Virus record (IMG/VR): IMGVR_UViG_3300032266_001215
Coordinates: 1 to 24,896 of that record
Source of the DNA: a virus
Taxonomy: Duplodnaviria; Caudoviricetes
Direction: 5' to 3' (one strand)
Length of the DNA: 24,896 nucleotides
Shown: positions 1-9,572 of the stretch, piece by piece
How the letters are laid out: each line of letters begins with the position of its first letter
Numbering within the stretch: the first letter of the stretch is position 1
Notes under the pieces: model-generated
Seen by the model: the letters and a program-made list of their open reading frames with translations, nothing else
What the model was told of the DNA's origin: nothing
Database searches by the model: none
Program-made: the position numbers and the translations under genes

Positions 1-1766
1 CCGCTAGCATAAATAGTTGCGGTATTAAGCGTGTTTGGCAATAAAAGTTTAGAGCGTATGCTGGCATTTGCAATTGCTTGCGCTCTACCAGAACCCAATC
101 CATAATCACGATTGAGCTTAATTTGTGATATCAATTTGCTGGCTTTAGGAATTGTTGCTGGATCAAACGTGACCGAATCGGAATTGTCAATATTTAAATA
201 TTCTCGTCCAACATTAGGTACAATGCGAAGTCCAGCGTCAGGTAAGTTCGTATATTTAGCTGCCGAGGCTCCAATAGAAGCAAGTTTTCTTATAATATTA
301 AACATATTCGAATTGAATATTGCTTTAGTGGTATTTGAGTATAATCCAGCGGAATCGCCTTTGTTTTTGACAAGTAGGTTCGACATTTCTCCACCGATAT
401 CAACAAGTCGAACAACATCACCGCCAATTTTTCTCATAGTTGAACGGACCTGCATGATGATCCATCCAGGGTTTTCTTTCCATGGATTATTGAAAAATTC
501 ATTGTTTAATTTGACAAAGTTGCCTGCTGGTCCTAACCCCGTAGAAGATAAAACCGCCTGTGCAAGAGCTTTGAGCAATATTTCTTTAAATGTTTTTGAA
601 TCTGTATACATCGGGGCTTTTAGACCAAAAGTTATAAGAAATCCTTTATAAAATCTGGACATAAAAACATTTCTTTGACTTCCAGGTATTTCAAGTTTAA
701 TTAATTCTGCTGCTGCTTCGCAAATAAAACCTAATGCTAATATCTGTATGCCCAACATTGGCATAATAAATTCATCTCTACCTTCGAATGGGATAAGCCA
801 ATTATTATAATTTCCATATGAAAGTGTATCGTCTGTATCTAAATCACTTACGCTAGTATCCTTACTAAAGTCTCCATTTGTGACACGATTTAGAGTAGAG
901 GCAGGTTGCATTCCTTTTGCACTAACTCGAGCCGCCCCAGAGCGAGCAATGCCTGGTACCAATGCTCCTGCTAGAGCTTTGCCAAACTCAGCCGGATCGT
1001 TAATGTCATTCGGGATATATATTTCACCAGAAGCCATCAAAGGTAATTGAGAACCGATATTTTTAAGTTGATTTGGCTTGACCGTATATCCGTTTTGAGA
1101 AGGATTTGCGGTATTGTTTTCTAAATCTGCATAAGAAGGAATTCTTCTATGTTTTCCTTTTAAGGATTGAATGGTAAGCTTACCAATATTAGACTCATCT
1201 TCCAATATGCCTTCTACAACAAATTTGCTATTAGAAGCATTGCTATTGACATTTAATGTTGCTCTTTCAACGTTTATACTAAGTTGAGAATTGCTTTGTT
1301 CGCCATTGCTTCTATTAACTTCTGCTAATAGGTCCATATAGTTTCTGGAACTATCATCTGTTGCAGTTGCTTTACCTTTGATTATATTAATGTTTAGCAA
1401 ATCACTATCAGAAAGATTGACGAACATTGCTTTACCATCAGCACCAACTGTTTCTTTTCCTAAATAATAATCATCTTCAAATTCATCTGATATCGCAGCA
1501 GGATATCCATTGCCATTTAACAAACTAGCTTGTTGATATTGATTGGATGGTTTGTATGTATTTTGGGCTTCATCGATTGTAGCGACGGCGAAAGTATGTG
1601 CTATTGTTTTAGTGTCTTCAGTATAATCGTCTGCACCAATGTCAACAACATGATTACCCCCAGAAGCTTCACTTGAAGGACCGGTATTTGTAAGGATTAT
1701 GCTGATACTTCTTTTATTTTGAGACGCCAAAACATCTCTAACTCTTCTTGGATAATCATTGGACAT
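1..1766 (-). CDS. large hypothetical protein (>588 aa, 3' end off window), probably tail/baseplate-associated
   Basis: Not in the ORF track because it has no stop in the window. Manual translation from ATG at 1766 (MSNDYPRRVRDVLASQNKRSISIILTNTG...) stays open for 588 codons to the left edge. TAGTTA element 6 nt upstream. Position just downstream of the tape measure gene suggests a baseplate/tail role (inference only). Confidence 0.85.
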   Translation of the reverse strand, partial: MSNDYPRRVRDVLASQNKRSISIILTNTGPSSEASGGNHVVDIGADDYTEDTKTIAHTFAVATIDEAQNTYKPSNQYQQASLLNGNGYPAAISDEFEDDYYLGKETVGADGKAMFVNLSDSDLLNINIIKGKATATDDSSRNYMDLLAEVNRSNGEQSNSQLSINVERATLNVNSNASNSKFVVEGILEDESNIGKLTIQSLKGKHRRIPSYADLENNTANPSQNGYTVKPNQLKNIGSQLPLMASGEIYIPNDINDPAEFGKALAGALVPGIARSGAARVSAKGMQPASTLNRVTNGDFSKDTSVSDLDTDDTLSYGNYNNWLIPFEGRDEFIMPMLGIQILALGFICEAAAELIKLEIPGSQRNVFMSRFYKGFLITFGLKAPMYTDSKTFKEILLKALAQAVLSSTGLGPAGNFVKLNNEFFNNPWKENPGWIIMQVRSTMRKIGGDVVRLVDIGGEMSNLLVKNKGDSAGLYSNTTKAIFNSNMFNIIRKLASIGASAAKYTNLPDAGLRIVPNVGREYLNIDNSDSVTFDPATIPKASKLISQIKLNRDYGLGSGRAQAIANASIRSKLLLPNTLNTATIYAS

Positions 1767-1775
1767 AATATATAA

Positions 1776-1949
1776 CTACTTCTTATTAAAAGTTTCCATA
1801 TGAGTTTTAAGAGGATTAATAAGTTTGTTCTCGACATCATCAATAAATTTCTTCATATCTTCTTGAATTGCATATTTTCTATCATCTGGTAGTTGTTCAA
1901 AAAGCTTTTTATATTCTTCGCTAGCTATCATTTGTTCATATATTGTCAT
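1776..1949 (-). CDS. small hypothetical protein (57 aa)
   Basis: Below the ORF-track cutoff. MTIYEQMIASEEYKKLFEQLPDDRKYAIQEDMKKFIDDVENKLINPLKTHMETFNKK*. AGGAG Shine-Dalgarno upstream; fills the gap between the tape measure stop and the next gene. Confidence 0.8.
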   Translation of the reverse strand: MTIYEQMIASEEYKKLFEQLPDDRKYAIQEDMKKFIDDVENKLINPLKTHMETFNKK

Positions 1950-1964
1950 ATTAATATGCTCCTA

Positions 1965-4900
1965 TCAGCCTCTTCCTCTTAGTCTGCCAGAACCTGGGGT
2001 TTTCGTACCTTCTCTTGTAACAACTAAGGTGCCTGCTGGATTAGAAACTATTGCTTCTTCAATAGTTTGTGCATTCAAGTGTACACTCAAATTGACAGTT
2101 AATGTAAAGTTTTTGTGATTAATATTAAATTCTTCGCTGCCGCCCATTGTAACCATGCCAGCAATTCTACCCAAACTAGCTTCTAGATTGACAGGTCTTA
2201 TATTGTTTAGTTCATTAATGATAGAGTTAATGCCTCCAAAGACGCTGTTTGCTTTACTAGCCTCATCTTCACCGCCAAACAATGCAGCCTTAATATTGCC
2301 AAATGTTGCTCTACCTGCCAAGGATCCTAATGCTTCTTGAACGTTAGCTAATTGACTATCTAGAGTATTAACCATTGTGATTAAGCTGCTCGACATTTCA
2401 CTAAATCTTTCAAGTTGCGCTGAACGACCTTTTGAAAATACATTTAAAGAACGTATAATGTCTGTTGTGAATATTCCCGCTAATCCACTTATTGCAGTTC
2501 TGACTATTCCAGCAATAGAACCAATACGATCACCAATAGATGCAGGATTTATTCCGCCTCCAACGCCTCCTACACTTAAATCCGACAAAGACTTAATCAA
2601 CTCCGGATTATTAAGAGTAGAAACTAATCCAACAATATCAACAATTCCTTTTACTTTATCTCCGATGTTTCTAGGCAGTCTTCCCAGATCAGCACCTACT
2701 AATGCATCAACTATTTGTTTTATAAATCCACGATTTCCTGAAGCAAATACGGTACTAATAACCGTGCTCATGTTACGTAATATTAATTCGAATTGTGCTT
2801 GATCAAAGTTTTCTATGATTTCAGCTTTTCCTTCGCCAACCCCAATACTAGTTGATTTAAGACCAGATTTTCTAACAGCATCCATAAATCCGCTAATACC
2901 AGATATTATGCTCATAACCGCTTGTCCAGCTTTTGCTGCTCTATCTAATTGTCTTGTTTCAATACCGGCAACAGAACTGAGCAATGCATTGACCATTGGC
3001 GCAATGCTGTCTTTAACAACATCGAGCAAGCGAATAATGTTTGTAGTTGTTGTGGTTGAATAACTTGAGACAATTGAACGAGCTGCGGCGGCACCTTCTT
3101 CACTACCAGCTAATGCCGTGACAGTTGCAGGATCGAGTTGCAATGACTTCATTACTGCACCCAAAAAGGTGAATACAGAAGATAAAACACCGGTAAGTGG
3201 ACCAATAGCTTTTACTTGTTCTTCAGTTAAACCACCAAGACCTCTAGTAAATCCAGTTATTAAAGCAGTTGATTGTGTCAAAATTCTGGATGAAAGAACA
3301 GAATCTACCACAGTAGTAACCATACTGCCAAATACAGTCATATTACTTCTAAATTCTGCATCCTCTCCAAACCAACTTTCGGATTTTAATCCATTTAGAG
3401 CTTCTGAAAAGCTTCCTATTAAACCTCCTAAGCCAGCTAACAATGAAGTAACTACTTCCACTTTAGCTAAATCTTCTTTGCTAAAACCAGAAACTAACGT
3501 TATCGTTTGAGTTATAAATTCTCTAGCAGATATAGACATTTGTTGTATGAAACGAGTTACCGAATCCATTGCGGAAGTAAAAGCCCCCGTATCGTCATCG
3601 TCTACAGAGATTGCAACGGTAGCGGTTATACCTCCTACAGCAGATACTAAGTTGGTCAATGCACCCATAACCGATATCATAATATCGACCTTTGATTTTA
3701 CTTCAGGTCCAGAGGGCATACCTTCAGCTAATGATACTATTTTCATGATGACACCGGTTACGGCTTCGGCAAACGTTCCTATGGTTGCTAAACCTAATAC
3801 CAGCGCACCCGTCACCACCGCCGCCACGATTGGATTTGCCATCATAACACCCACCGCTGCTGCCGCTAACATCAAAGGTATCATTGCTAGCATCACTCCA
3901 GCCATAGAAAGAAATAGAGAACCTATAGCAACGGTTTCTTCTGCGGACAATCCGGCCGTTGCAATTCTCATTATTCCAACCATCACCGCCATGAAAACTG
4001 TAAGTCCTGCTGCAAATGCACCAATCACAACCATTCCTTCCAGGGCTTTTGAACTAACGTTAGCTTTTTCGATTGCATATGCCAATAAAGACATGGCTCC
4101 CATGACTACTGTCATACCTAAGAGAGCAGGTATTGCCATGGCAACATTTTCTGCTCCTAAACTCTTTATTGCTCCTACCATTAATCCTAATGAAACTATA
4201 AAACCAACGGTCAATATCGCTGCAAAGCCTGCAACTATACCTGCTTTTTTGATTGTATTTCGATTAACAGTTGATTTTTCTAATATATCGGCCGTATATG
4301 ACATCGCAGCCATAACTCCTGCCGCTGCCAGAATAACTGTACTAGCCAACAAGATAGAACCAGCATCCAGACCGCTTTCTTGAATGCCTTTTGCCAATCC
4401 AACTATAGCCAATACAATGATTGTTAGTCCGGCAGTTACGTACAAACCAAAAAGTGCTGCTTTTTTAATATCAGACGCACCAATATCAACGTCCTTTAGT
4501 TTCTCGATAACTCCTTTTATTTCTTGGACAGCTTTTTGTACTGGACTTAGTTCTAATGTTTCTTTTTTTGTTTCTTCTGCGGTCTTTGTAACGGTTTCAA
4601 TTAGCTTTTTAACGGCGCTAGCACCGCTTCCACCGCCTGCCAAATCCCCGGCTGCACCCAGCAGCCCTTTAGCTACGCCACCGGTCATAGCAGCCTGTAT
4701 GGCACCAGAAATGCTTCCTACCAATGGAGGAATTAATAAAGCACCGATCATCGCCCAATGCTCTTTCATCCAATCCACAATCATATCAAAAACGGTGCTT
4801 AACAAGTTTTTGATAGCATTCCAAAGTTCTACCCCAGCAGGCTTTATAGCTTCCCATAATCCTTTAAGGGAATCCATTATTTGACCACCTATAGTACTGG

Positions 4901-6848
4901 TGTCTATAGGAATACCTACTTCTCCTTTAAGGAAACTATTAATGCCTTTTATAAGCTTAGTTAAAGCTTCAAATGCCATTGGAATAAAAGCTTTTAATCC
5001 TCCAACTACCGCTTTTAATATTACAGTAAAGAATGTTTTAAAACCTTCAATTATTTTATTTCCTGCTCCTGTACTAGCATCAAAATGATCAAAGAATACT
5101 TTTTTAAGCCTGTCAAATAGATTTTTTAATCCAGCTTCTGGATTTGTTTGTAAATCTCTAAAAAAGTCTTTGAAAGCCTCAACAACTTTTCTCATTGTTG
5201 CTTTCCAACGGGTAGGGCTAAACAAATCTGCTAATCCGCCAAGAATGTTTTTTACGCCCGGAAACATCTCAACAAATGCTCTACCTACTTGCATACCTGC
5301 CAGTCTAGTAGTTCTAAGAATTTGCCTGATATTCCTCATAATTTGCCTAAAATCCCTACTTCGGAATATGGCAGTTTCAAAGCCTTTAGTAAATGCTTGG
5401 AATAACGTTGTAACACCCCCACCGCCACCTTTAACTAATCTCTCAATTGAGCCAGCAAGTTTTTGTAGTGCTTCGGCTTGGGTTAACTGTTTCTTTTCTG
5501 CTTCGGCAGATTTCTTTTTTATCTGATCTAGTCCAACGCCACGATTATTTTGAGCAAATGCTAGTTGCGCTTCTTCTTGTGTCATGCCTATGGTTGTAGC
5601 CATGTATTGCTGACTTTGACGATCAAGTTGTTCAAATGTTCGACCAGTTTTTTCATATTGTTTTCTAATATACTCTAATCGTTCTGGACCGGTCATCCTC
5701 ATTATTTCTATAGTTTCTAATTGTATACCAAACTGTTGGTTCAACCTAGCTACAGCATTTGCAGCGGAATCTAGATTGTCGAATGTATCAACAATTCCGG
5801 TAAGAGATTTGATTTCTATTCCTAATTTCTTTGCATATACAGCAGCTTCGCCAAATTCTTTCTTTGACATACCACCAAAATGCTTTAAATCTCCTTCCAT
5901 CTCAGCCATATCACGAGATATTTCCATGGCATTCATTCCAAAAGCATCTCCCAATTGGACTGCATAATTGGCGGTTTGCCTTAGCTCTTCATCCATTGTT
6001 CTGCCAGATACTATTGATGTTCTGGCAATGGTTTTCATTTGTTCATTTGAAAGACCTAGAGCTTTTTGGAATTGACCAACGGCTTCGGCGTCAGCTATTA
6101 GTCCTTTTTGAACGATATTAATGAATATTGGACCTAAAGCTTTGGCAAGTTCGGCAACATATTTTAATCTTTCTGCCAGATTGCCAAATATTCTATAAGT
6201 ACTTAATCCTGTATCGGTAAGAGGTCCAGATATACTTTTAGCTAAACTTATTATGGCTTTTGAAGATCCTTTTTCTAGATCACCAAATTCTTTACGTATA
6301 TTTTCTAAAGTTTGTCTTAATTCACCACCGCCGCCGCCTTGAGAAGCTTTTTCAAATAAGAAACTCCATATTTTCAGAGGAAATGACAAAACGGACATAG
6401 CGAATTGTCCCATGGTACTGGCAACGGATCCTAATATTCCAGCAATGCCGCTTAATATTGAATAAGATACCTGGAAACCTTTGACCGCTCCTTGAAATGC
6501 TGCACCATATATGGCACCTTTTTCCATTGCATTTGCTGCTTTTTCAGTTGCGTCCGCTGTAGCTAATAAATTTATTTTTGCTTGAGAACTAGAGCTTGAT
6601 ATTTGATCACCGGCTCTTTGACCGCTAGTGCCCATTCTTTTTAAAGCTTCGTCTGCTGCGGCGATCTGTTCTGTGGTAGCATTTAGGCTTTCATTTAATT
6701 TTGTAACATCAACATCGCCCATTGCTGCAACTAATTGTTGCGTCAAAGCTAATTGTCCACGCTGAATTTTAGCTTGCGTAAGATATAACTGATTTTGCTC
6801 TAAAAGCATTTTAGTCAGTTGTGCCGTTATTTCAATATTTGATGTCAT
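1965..6848 (-). CDS. tail tape measure protein (1627 aa)
   Basis: Very long Ala/Gly/Leu-rich helical protein with N-terminal coiled-coil, TMP-like core (AVYAKKLGIEIKSLTGIVDTFDNLDSAANAVARLNQQFG) and a central hydrophobic repeat block; lies downstream of sheath, tube and chaperone genes. Confidence 0.85.
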   Translation of the reverse strand: MTSNIEITAQLTKMLLEQNQLYLTQAKIQRGQLALTQQLVAAMGDVDVTKLNESLNATTEQIAAADEALKRMGTSGQRAGDQISSSSSQAKINLLATADATEKAANAMEKGAIYGAAFQGAVKGFQVSYSILSGIAGILGSVASTMGQFAMSVLSFPLKIWSFLFEKASQGGGGGELRQTLENIRKEFGDLEKGSSKAIISLAKSISGPLTDTGLSTYRIFGNLAERLKYVAELAKALGPIFINIVQKGLIADAEAVGQFQKALGLSNEQMKTIARTSIVSGRTMDEELRQTANYAVQLGDAFGMNAMEISRDMAEMEGDLKHFGGMSKKEFGEAAVYAKKLGIEIKSLTGIVDTFDNLDSAANAVARLNQQFGIQLETIEIMRMTGPERLEYIRKQYEKTGRTFEQLDRQSQQYMATTIGMTQEEAQLAFAQNNRGVGLDQIKKKSAEAEKKQLTQAEALQKLAGSIERLVKGGGGGVTTLFQAFTKGFETAIFRSRDFRQIMRNIRQILRTTRLAGMQVGRAFVEMFPGVKNILGGLADLFSPTRWKATMRKVVEAFKDFFRDLQTNPEAGLKNLFDRLKKVFFDHFDASTGAGNKIIEGFKTFFTVILKAVVGGLKAFIPMAFEALTKLIKGINSFLKGEVGIPIDTSTIGGQIMDSLKGLWEAIKPAGVELWNAIKNLLSTVFDMIVDWMKEHWAMIGALLIPPLVGSISGAIQAAMTGGVAKGLLGAAGDLAGGGSGASAVKKLIETVTKTAEETKKETLELSPVQKAVQEIKGVIEKLKDVDIGASDIKKAALFGLYVTAGLTIIVLAIVGLAKGIQESGLDAGSILLASTVILAAAGVMAAMSYTADILEKSTVNRNTIKKAGIVAGFAAILTVGFIVSLGLMVGAIKSLGAENVAMAIPALLGMTVVMGAMSLLAYAIEKANVSSKALEGMVVIGAFAAGLTVFMAVMVGIMRIATAGLSAEETVAIGSLFLSMAGVMLAMIPLMLAAAAVGVMMANPIVAAVVTGALVLGLATIGTFAEAVTGVIMKIVSLAEGMPSGPEVKSKVDIMISVMGALTNLVSAVGGITATVAISVDDDDTGAFTSAMDSVTRFIQQMSISAREFITQTITLVSGFSKEDLAKVEVVTSLLAGLGGLIGSFSEALNGLKSESWFGEDAEFRSNMTVFGSMVTTVVDSVLSSRILTQSTALITGFTRGLGGLTEEQVKAIGPLTGVLSSVFTFLGAVMKSLQLDPATVTALAGSEEGAAAARSIVSSYSTTTTTNIIRLLDVVKDSIAPMVNALLSSVAGIETRQLDRAAKAGQAVMSIISGISGFMDAVRKSGLKSTSIGVGEGKAEIIENFDQAQFELILRNMSTVISTVFASGNRGFIKQIVDALVGADLGRLPRNIGDKVKGIVDIVGLVSTLNNPELIKSLSDLSVGGVGGGINPASIGDRIGSIAGIVRTAISGLAGIFTTDIIRSLNVFSKGRSAQLERFSEMSSSLITMVNTLDSQLANVQEALGSLAGRATFGNIKAALFGGEDEASKANSVFGGINSIINELNNIRPVNLEASLGRIAGMVTMGGSEEFNINHKNFTLTVNLSVHLNAQTIEEAIVSNPAGTLVVTREGTKTPGSGRLRGRG

Positions 6849-6932
6849 GTTTTACTATTTAACTTGTAGTGTTTATCCGGTCTTCTCATAATTACAATCG
6901 GATCTAAAATTTTAAGGTATTGAGGCAATATA

Positions 6933-7286
6933 ATGTCAGATAAAAAATCTAAACAACATTTAAACGAAATTCGTCTATCTTGGTCAGGTAAATTATTATT
7001 TGCCTCCATTGCTGCCCGCCTTGCTGCTGCCGGTATGAGAAAAGTAGCTGCTGGTATGTCGGAGCAAACAGAAGAAGATGAAGGATTAGCTGGGTTTCCT
7101 TTCAAACTTCAAGGGACACCAGAACAGTTAGCTGCCATGACTGAAGTAATTCGTGCTTCAAAAGAATATCAAGAAGAACTTAAACGTGAAGGCGCAACAG
7201 TTGAAACCGTAATGGAAAAACTGAATGCACAAAACGTTGCTAAAAAATCTTTTGAAGAAAAAACTGGCAAAGCTTGGCCACTCTGA
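6933..7286 (+). CDS. hypothetical protein (117 aa)
   Basis: GAGG RBS upstream; first gene of a tightly packed plus-strand four-gene cluster; LNE motif near the N-terminus. Confidence 0.8.
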   Translation: MSDKKSKQHLNEIRLSWSGKLLFASIAARLAAAGMRKVAAGMSEQTEEDEGLAGFPFKLQGTPEQLAAMTEVIRASKEYQEELKREGATVETVMEKLNAQNVAKKSFEEKTGKAWPL

Positions 7287-7298
7287 AAAGGATTTATA

Positions 7299-7844
7299 AT
7301 GTCAAACTATAATATTAAGAACGTATTAAACTTTCTTCTCCATGAAAATATTCAAACTGATTTTACAAAAAATACAGCTATACCGGTTCTTCAAAAAGCA
7401 TTTGGAGAAGAAGGATTTGATACGCTGGCTGATTTTGATCAATATGTAGATGATGCCAAATATGATGAAAGATCTTTAGCTAAACTTAAAGATATGGTAA
7501 GAAATATCTTAGATAATGAATTCTTTCCTGATATTGAAGAAGAATTGATCAGTAGAATTGTTTCAGATCTTATGGGCACAGAACAACGTTCAAATCTTGC
7601 TGAAAAATATACAGGTCCAAAGAAATATAAAAAAGTAGTTGGTTCTGGTAAAAACAAAAAGACAGTTCGTTACGGAGCTAAAGGTTATTCCATTGCTCCA
7701 GGAACATCAAAGGGAGATAGCTACTGTGCTCGCTCTTACGGTCAAATGAAAGATCATCCTTCTGCCGCTAAAGATGCTAACAGTCCCCTCAGATTATCAC
7801 GTAAGAAATGGAAATGCTCTAGTAAACGTTCCAGAAGAGATTGA
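7299..7844 (+). CDS. hypothetical protein (181 aa): acidic N-half plus basic C-terminal domain resembling DUF6321-like phage domains
   Basis: AAGGA RBS. After LAE (aa 100-102) comes a Lys/Arg-rich domain KTVRYGAKGY..SYCARS..DANSPLRLSRKKWKC, similar from memory to the 'SFCAR...RKWKC' small phage domain family. Confidence 0.75.
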   Translation: MSNYNIKNVLNFLLHENIQTDFTKNTAIPVLQKAFGEEGFDTLADFDQYVDDAKYDERSLAKLKDMVRNILDNEFFPDIEEELISRIVSDLMGTEQRSNLAEKYTGPKKYKKVVGSGKNKKTVRYGAKGYSIAPGTSKGDSYCARSYGQMKDHPSAAKDANSPLRLSRKKWKCSSKRSRRD

Positions 7845-7848
7845 CAAT

Positions 7849-8973
7849 ATGAATTCTTCAGAAAAGCTTTTGCTAGAAACAATTATTCAACGTGAGGTTG
7901 CTTCATTACTACTTGAACAAGGAATAGTTCAACGTGTTAAACAAGGCGTTGTTGAGGCTGGACAAAAAACCATAGAAGCAATGATACAACAATTTGATGG
8001 ACTAGTTAAAAAAGTTCAAGGTTATAAAAACAATCCAGATATAATGGAAATTTATAATCTTATCAATAAGAGTGGCAGTTCAGTTGCAATGCCCCAAGAT
8101 ATGAACGCATTTCAAAACACCATACAACAATGGGATGCTGCCACAAAAAATCTTAAATCACAAACCGGTCAAATTGCTGAAAGAAAATTATTCGTAGCAA
8201 AAAAACATAACAACATATTAAAAGAAGCTCAGGCTTATTTTGCAGAAGCGGATAAGTTGTTTGGTAGCGAACGAAAACTACTTGAGTTTATAGATCCTCT
8301 TACCCTCGGTGGTATTACGTTGGCAGGTCTTAAACTTATTTCATTAATTGGTTCTGGTTTAGAAAAACTAGGAGTTTGGTTACAAAAATCTCAATCTGAT
8401 TTTTGGAAAGCTTTTGGAAAATTTTGTTCTTGGATAGGACACCTGTTTCACTATGCACATAAAGCTGAAGAAGCTATAATTGATAGATCAGTTCCTGACA
8501 AGCTTTCTTATTATATCTATCAAGCATACTGGAAAGTAGGGAAAGGACAAGACCTACATAAAAAATATTTAAAGCTTGGTAACAACAAAGGTACAACCGT
8601 TGCTTCCAAAGAAGATATTAAAACCGCAGGAAAGTTAGCTGATTTGCAAACAAAAGAAGCCGGCGGCGCAATGTCATATGAAGATTGGCAAAAAGATACT
8701 GCTTTAAGACCAAAATTAGAAGCAACAATATTTCAAATATATATTTTAATACTGTTTATATCTGCATTGCCAACAGTATATCATATTATTCATGGTTTCT
8801 GGTCACATGGTATATCAGGAGCAATAGGTGGTGCTCATGGAAGTGTAGCACTCGCTGCCGCAGAACCAACTGCTGCATCTGTAAAAGCGGGAGAATTAGT
8901 AGCAGGAGGACGAGCAGCCGCAACTGTTGCTTCTGAACTAGCCGCCGGTGCTGTTGCACGTTCTATTGCTTGA
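7849..8973 (+). CDS. hypothetical membrane-associated protein (374 aa)
   Basis: Start reassigned from 7774 to ATG 7849, 4 nt after the upstream stop (MNSSEKLLLETIIQREVASLLLEQ). Hydrophobic segments IDPLTLGGITLAGLKLISLIG and IFQIYILILFISALPTVYHII, plus a Gly/Ala-rich C-tail. Confidence 0.8.
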   Translation: MNSSEKLLLETIIQREVASLLLEQGIVQRVKQGVVEAGQKTIEAMIQQFDGLVKKVQGYKNNPDIMEIYNLINKSGSSVAMPQDMNAFQNTIQQWDAATKNLKSQTGQIAERKLFVAKKHNNILKEAQAYFAEADKLFGSERKLLEFIDPLTLGGITLAGLKLISLIGSGLEKLGVWLQKSQSDFWKAFGKFCSWIGHLFHYAHKAEEAIIDRSVPDKLSYYIYQAYWKVGKGQDLHKKYLKLGNNKGTTVASKEDIKTAGKLADLQTKEAGGAMSYEDWQKDTALRPKLEATIFQIYILILFISALPTVYHIIHGFWSHGISGAIGGAHGSVALAAAEPTAASVKAGELVAGGRAAATVASELAAGAVARSIA

Positions 8974-8981
8974 GAATAATT

Positions 8982-9527
8982 ATGAAAAAGTTAAAAGAAA
9001 AGTTTTATACCTTCTCACATCAACCAACCGGCTATGAAAAAAAGGTCATTCAGAAAACCTTCTTGTTGCCTAATGGCAAACCTTATACTTCTTTCGTTGA
9101 TAGAACCCCAGATAGCGTCAATATCTTTCCTATGACGGAAGATGGTCAAGTAGTGCTCGTAAAGCAGTTTAGACCAGGCATAGAACGAGTAGAGTTCGAA
9201 CTACCAGGAGGTATGATAGACCCCGGAGAAAAGCCTTTTAGAGCCGCTGAACGTGAACTATTAGAAGAGACTGGATATGAAGGCAATATAGAATTCTTAT
9301 CAAGCCGAAGCTATTCCCCATATTCATCTGGTCTGCGACACGTGTATATATCTACTGGATGCAAGAAGGTAGCTAAAGATTTAGACTTGGATGATAATGA
9401 GTTTTTAGAAGTTGCCGTTGTAGATATGGAAGACTTAGAAAATCTTTTATTTGATGGAAAAATAAGAAACCCAGATGGAGCCTACATGGCATTACATCAT
9501 CTGGGTCTTCTTAAGATACGTTTTTGA
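8982..9527 (+). CDS. Nudix hydrolase, ADP-ribose pyrophosphatase (NudF)-like
   Basis: Complete Nudix box G-MIDPG-E-KPFRAAE-RE-LL-EE-TGY; upstream VLVKQFRP and ELPGG, a downstream Pro (SYSP) and LDDNEFLEV are typical of the ADPRase subfamily. ATG 8982 preferred over TTG 8970. Confidence 0.9.
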   Translation: MKKLKEKFYTFSHQPTGYEKKVIQKTFLLPNGKPYTSFVDRTPDSVNIFPMTEDGQVVLVKQFRPGIERVEFELPGGMIDPGEKPFRAAERELLEETGYEGNIEFLSSRSYSPYSSGLRHVYISTGCKKVAKDLDLDDNEFLEVAVVDMEDLENLLFDGKIRNPDGAYMALHHLGLLKIRF

Positions 9528-9572
9528 TTGTTAAGATTTGGTCTATGAGGCACAGGTATAGTTTTGTCTGAT

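Noticed and set aside
112-6121. Series of plus-strand ORFs (112-651, 2155-6121) up to 278 aa
   Set aside because: Antisense shadows of the long minus-strand genes; no RBS, Ile/Pro/Ser/Thr-rich composition expected from reverse-complemented codons.
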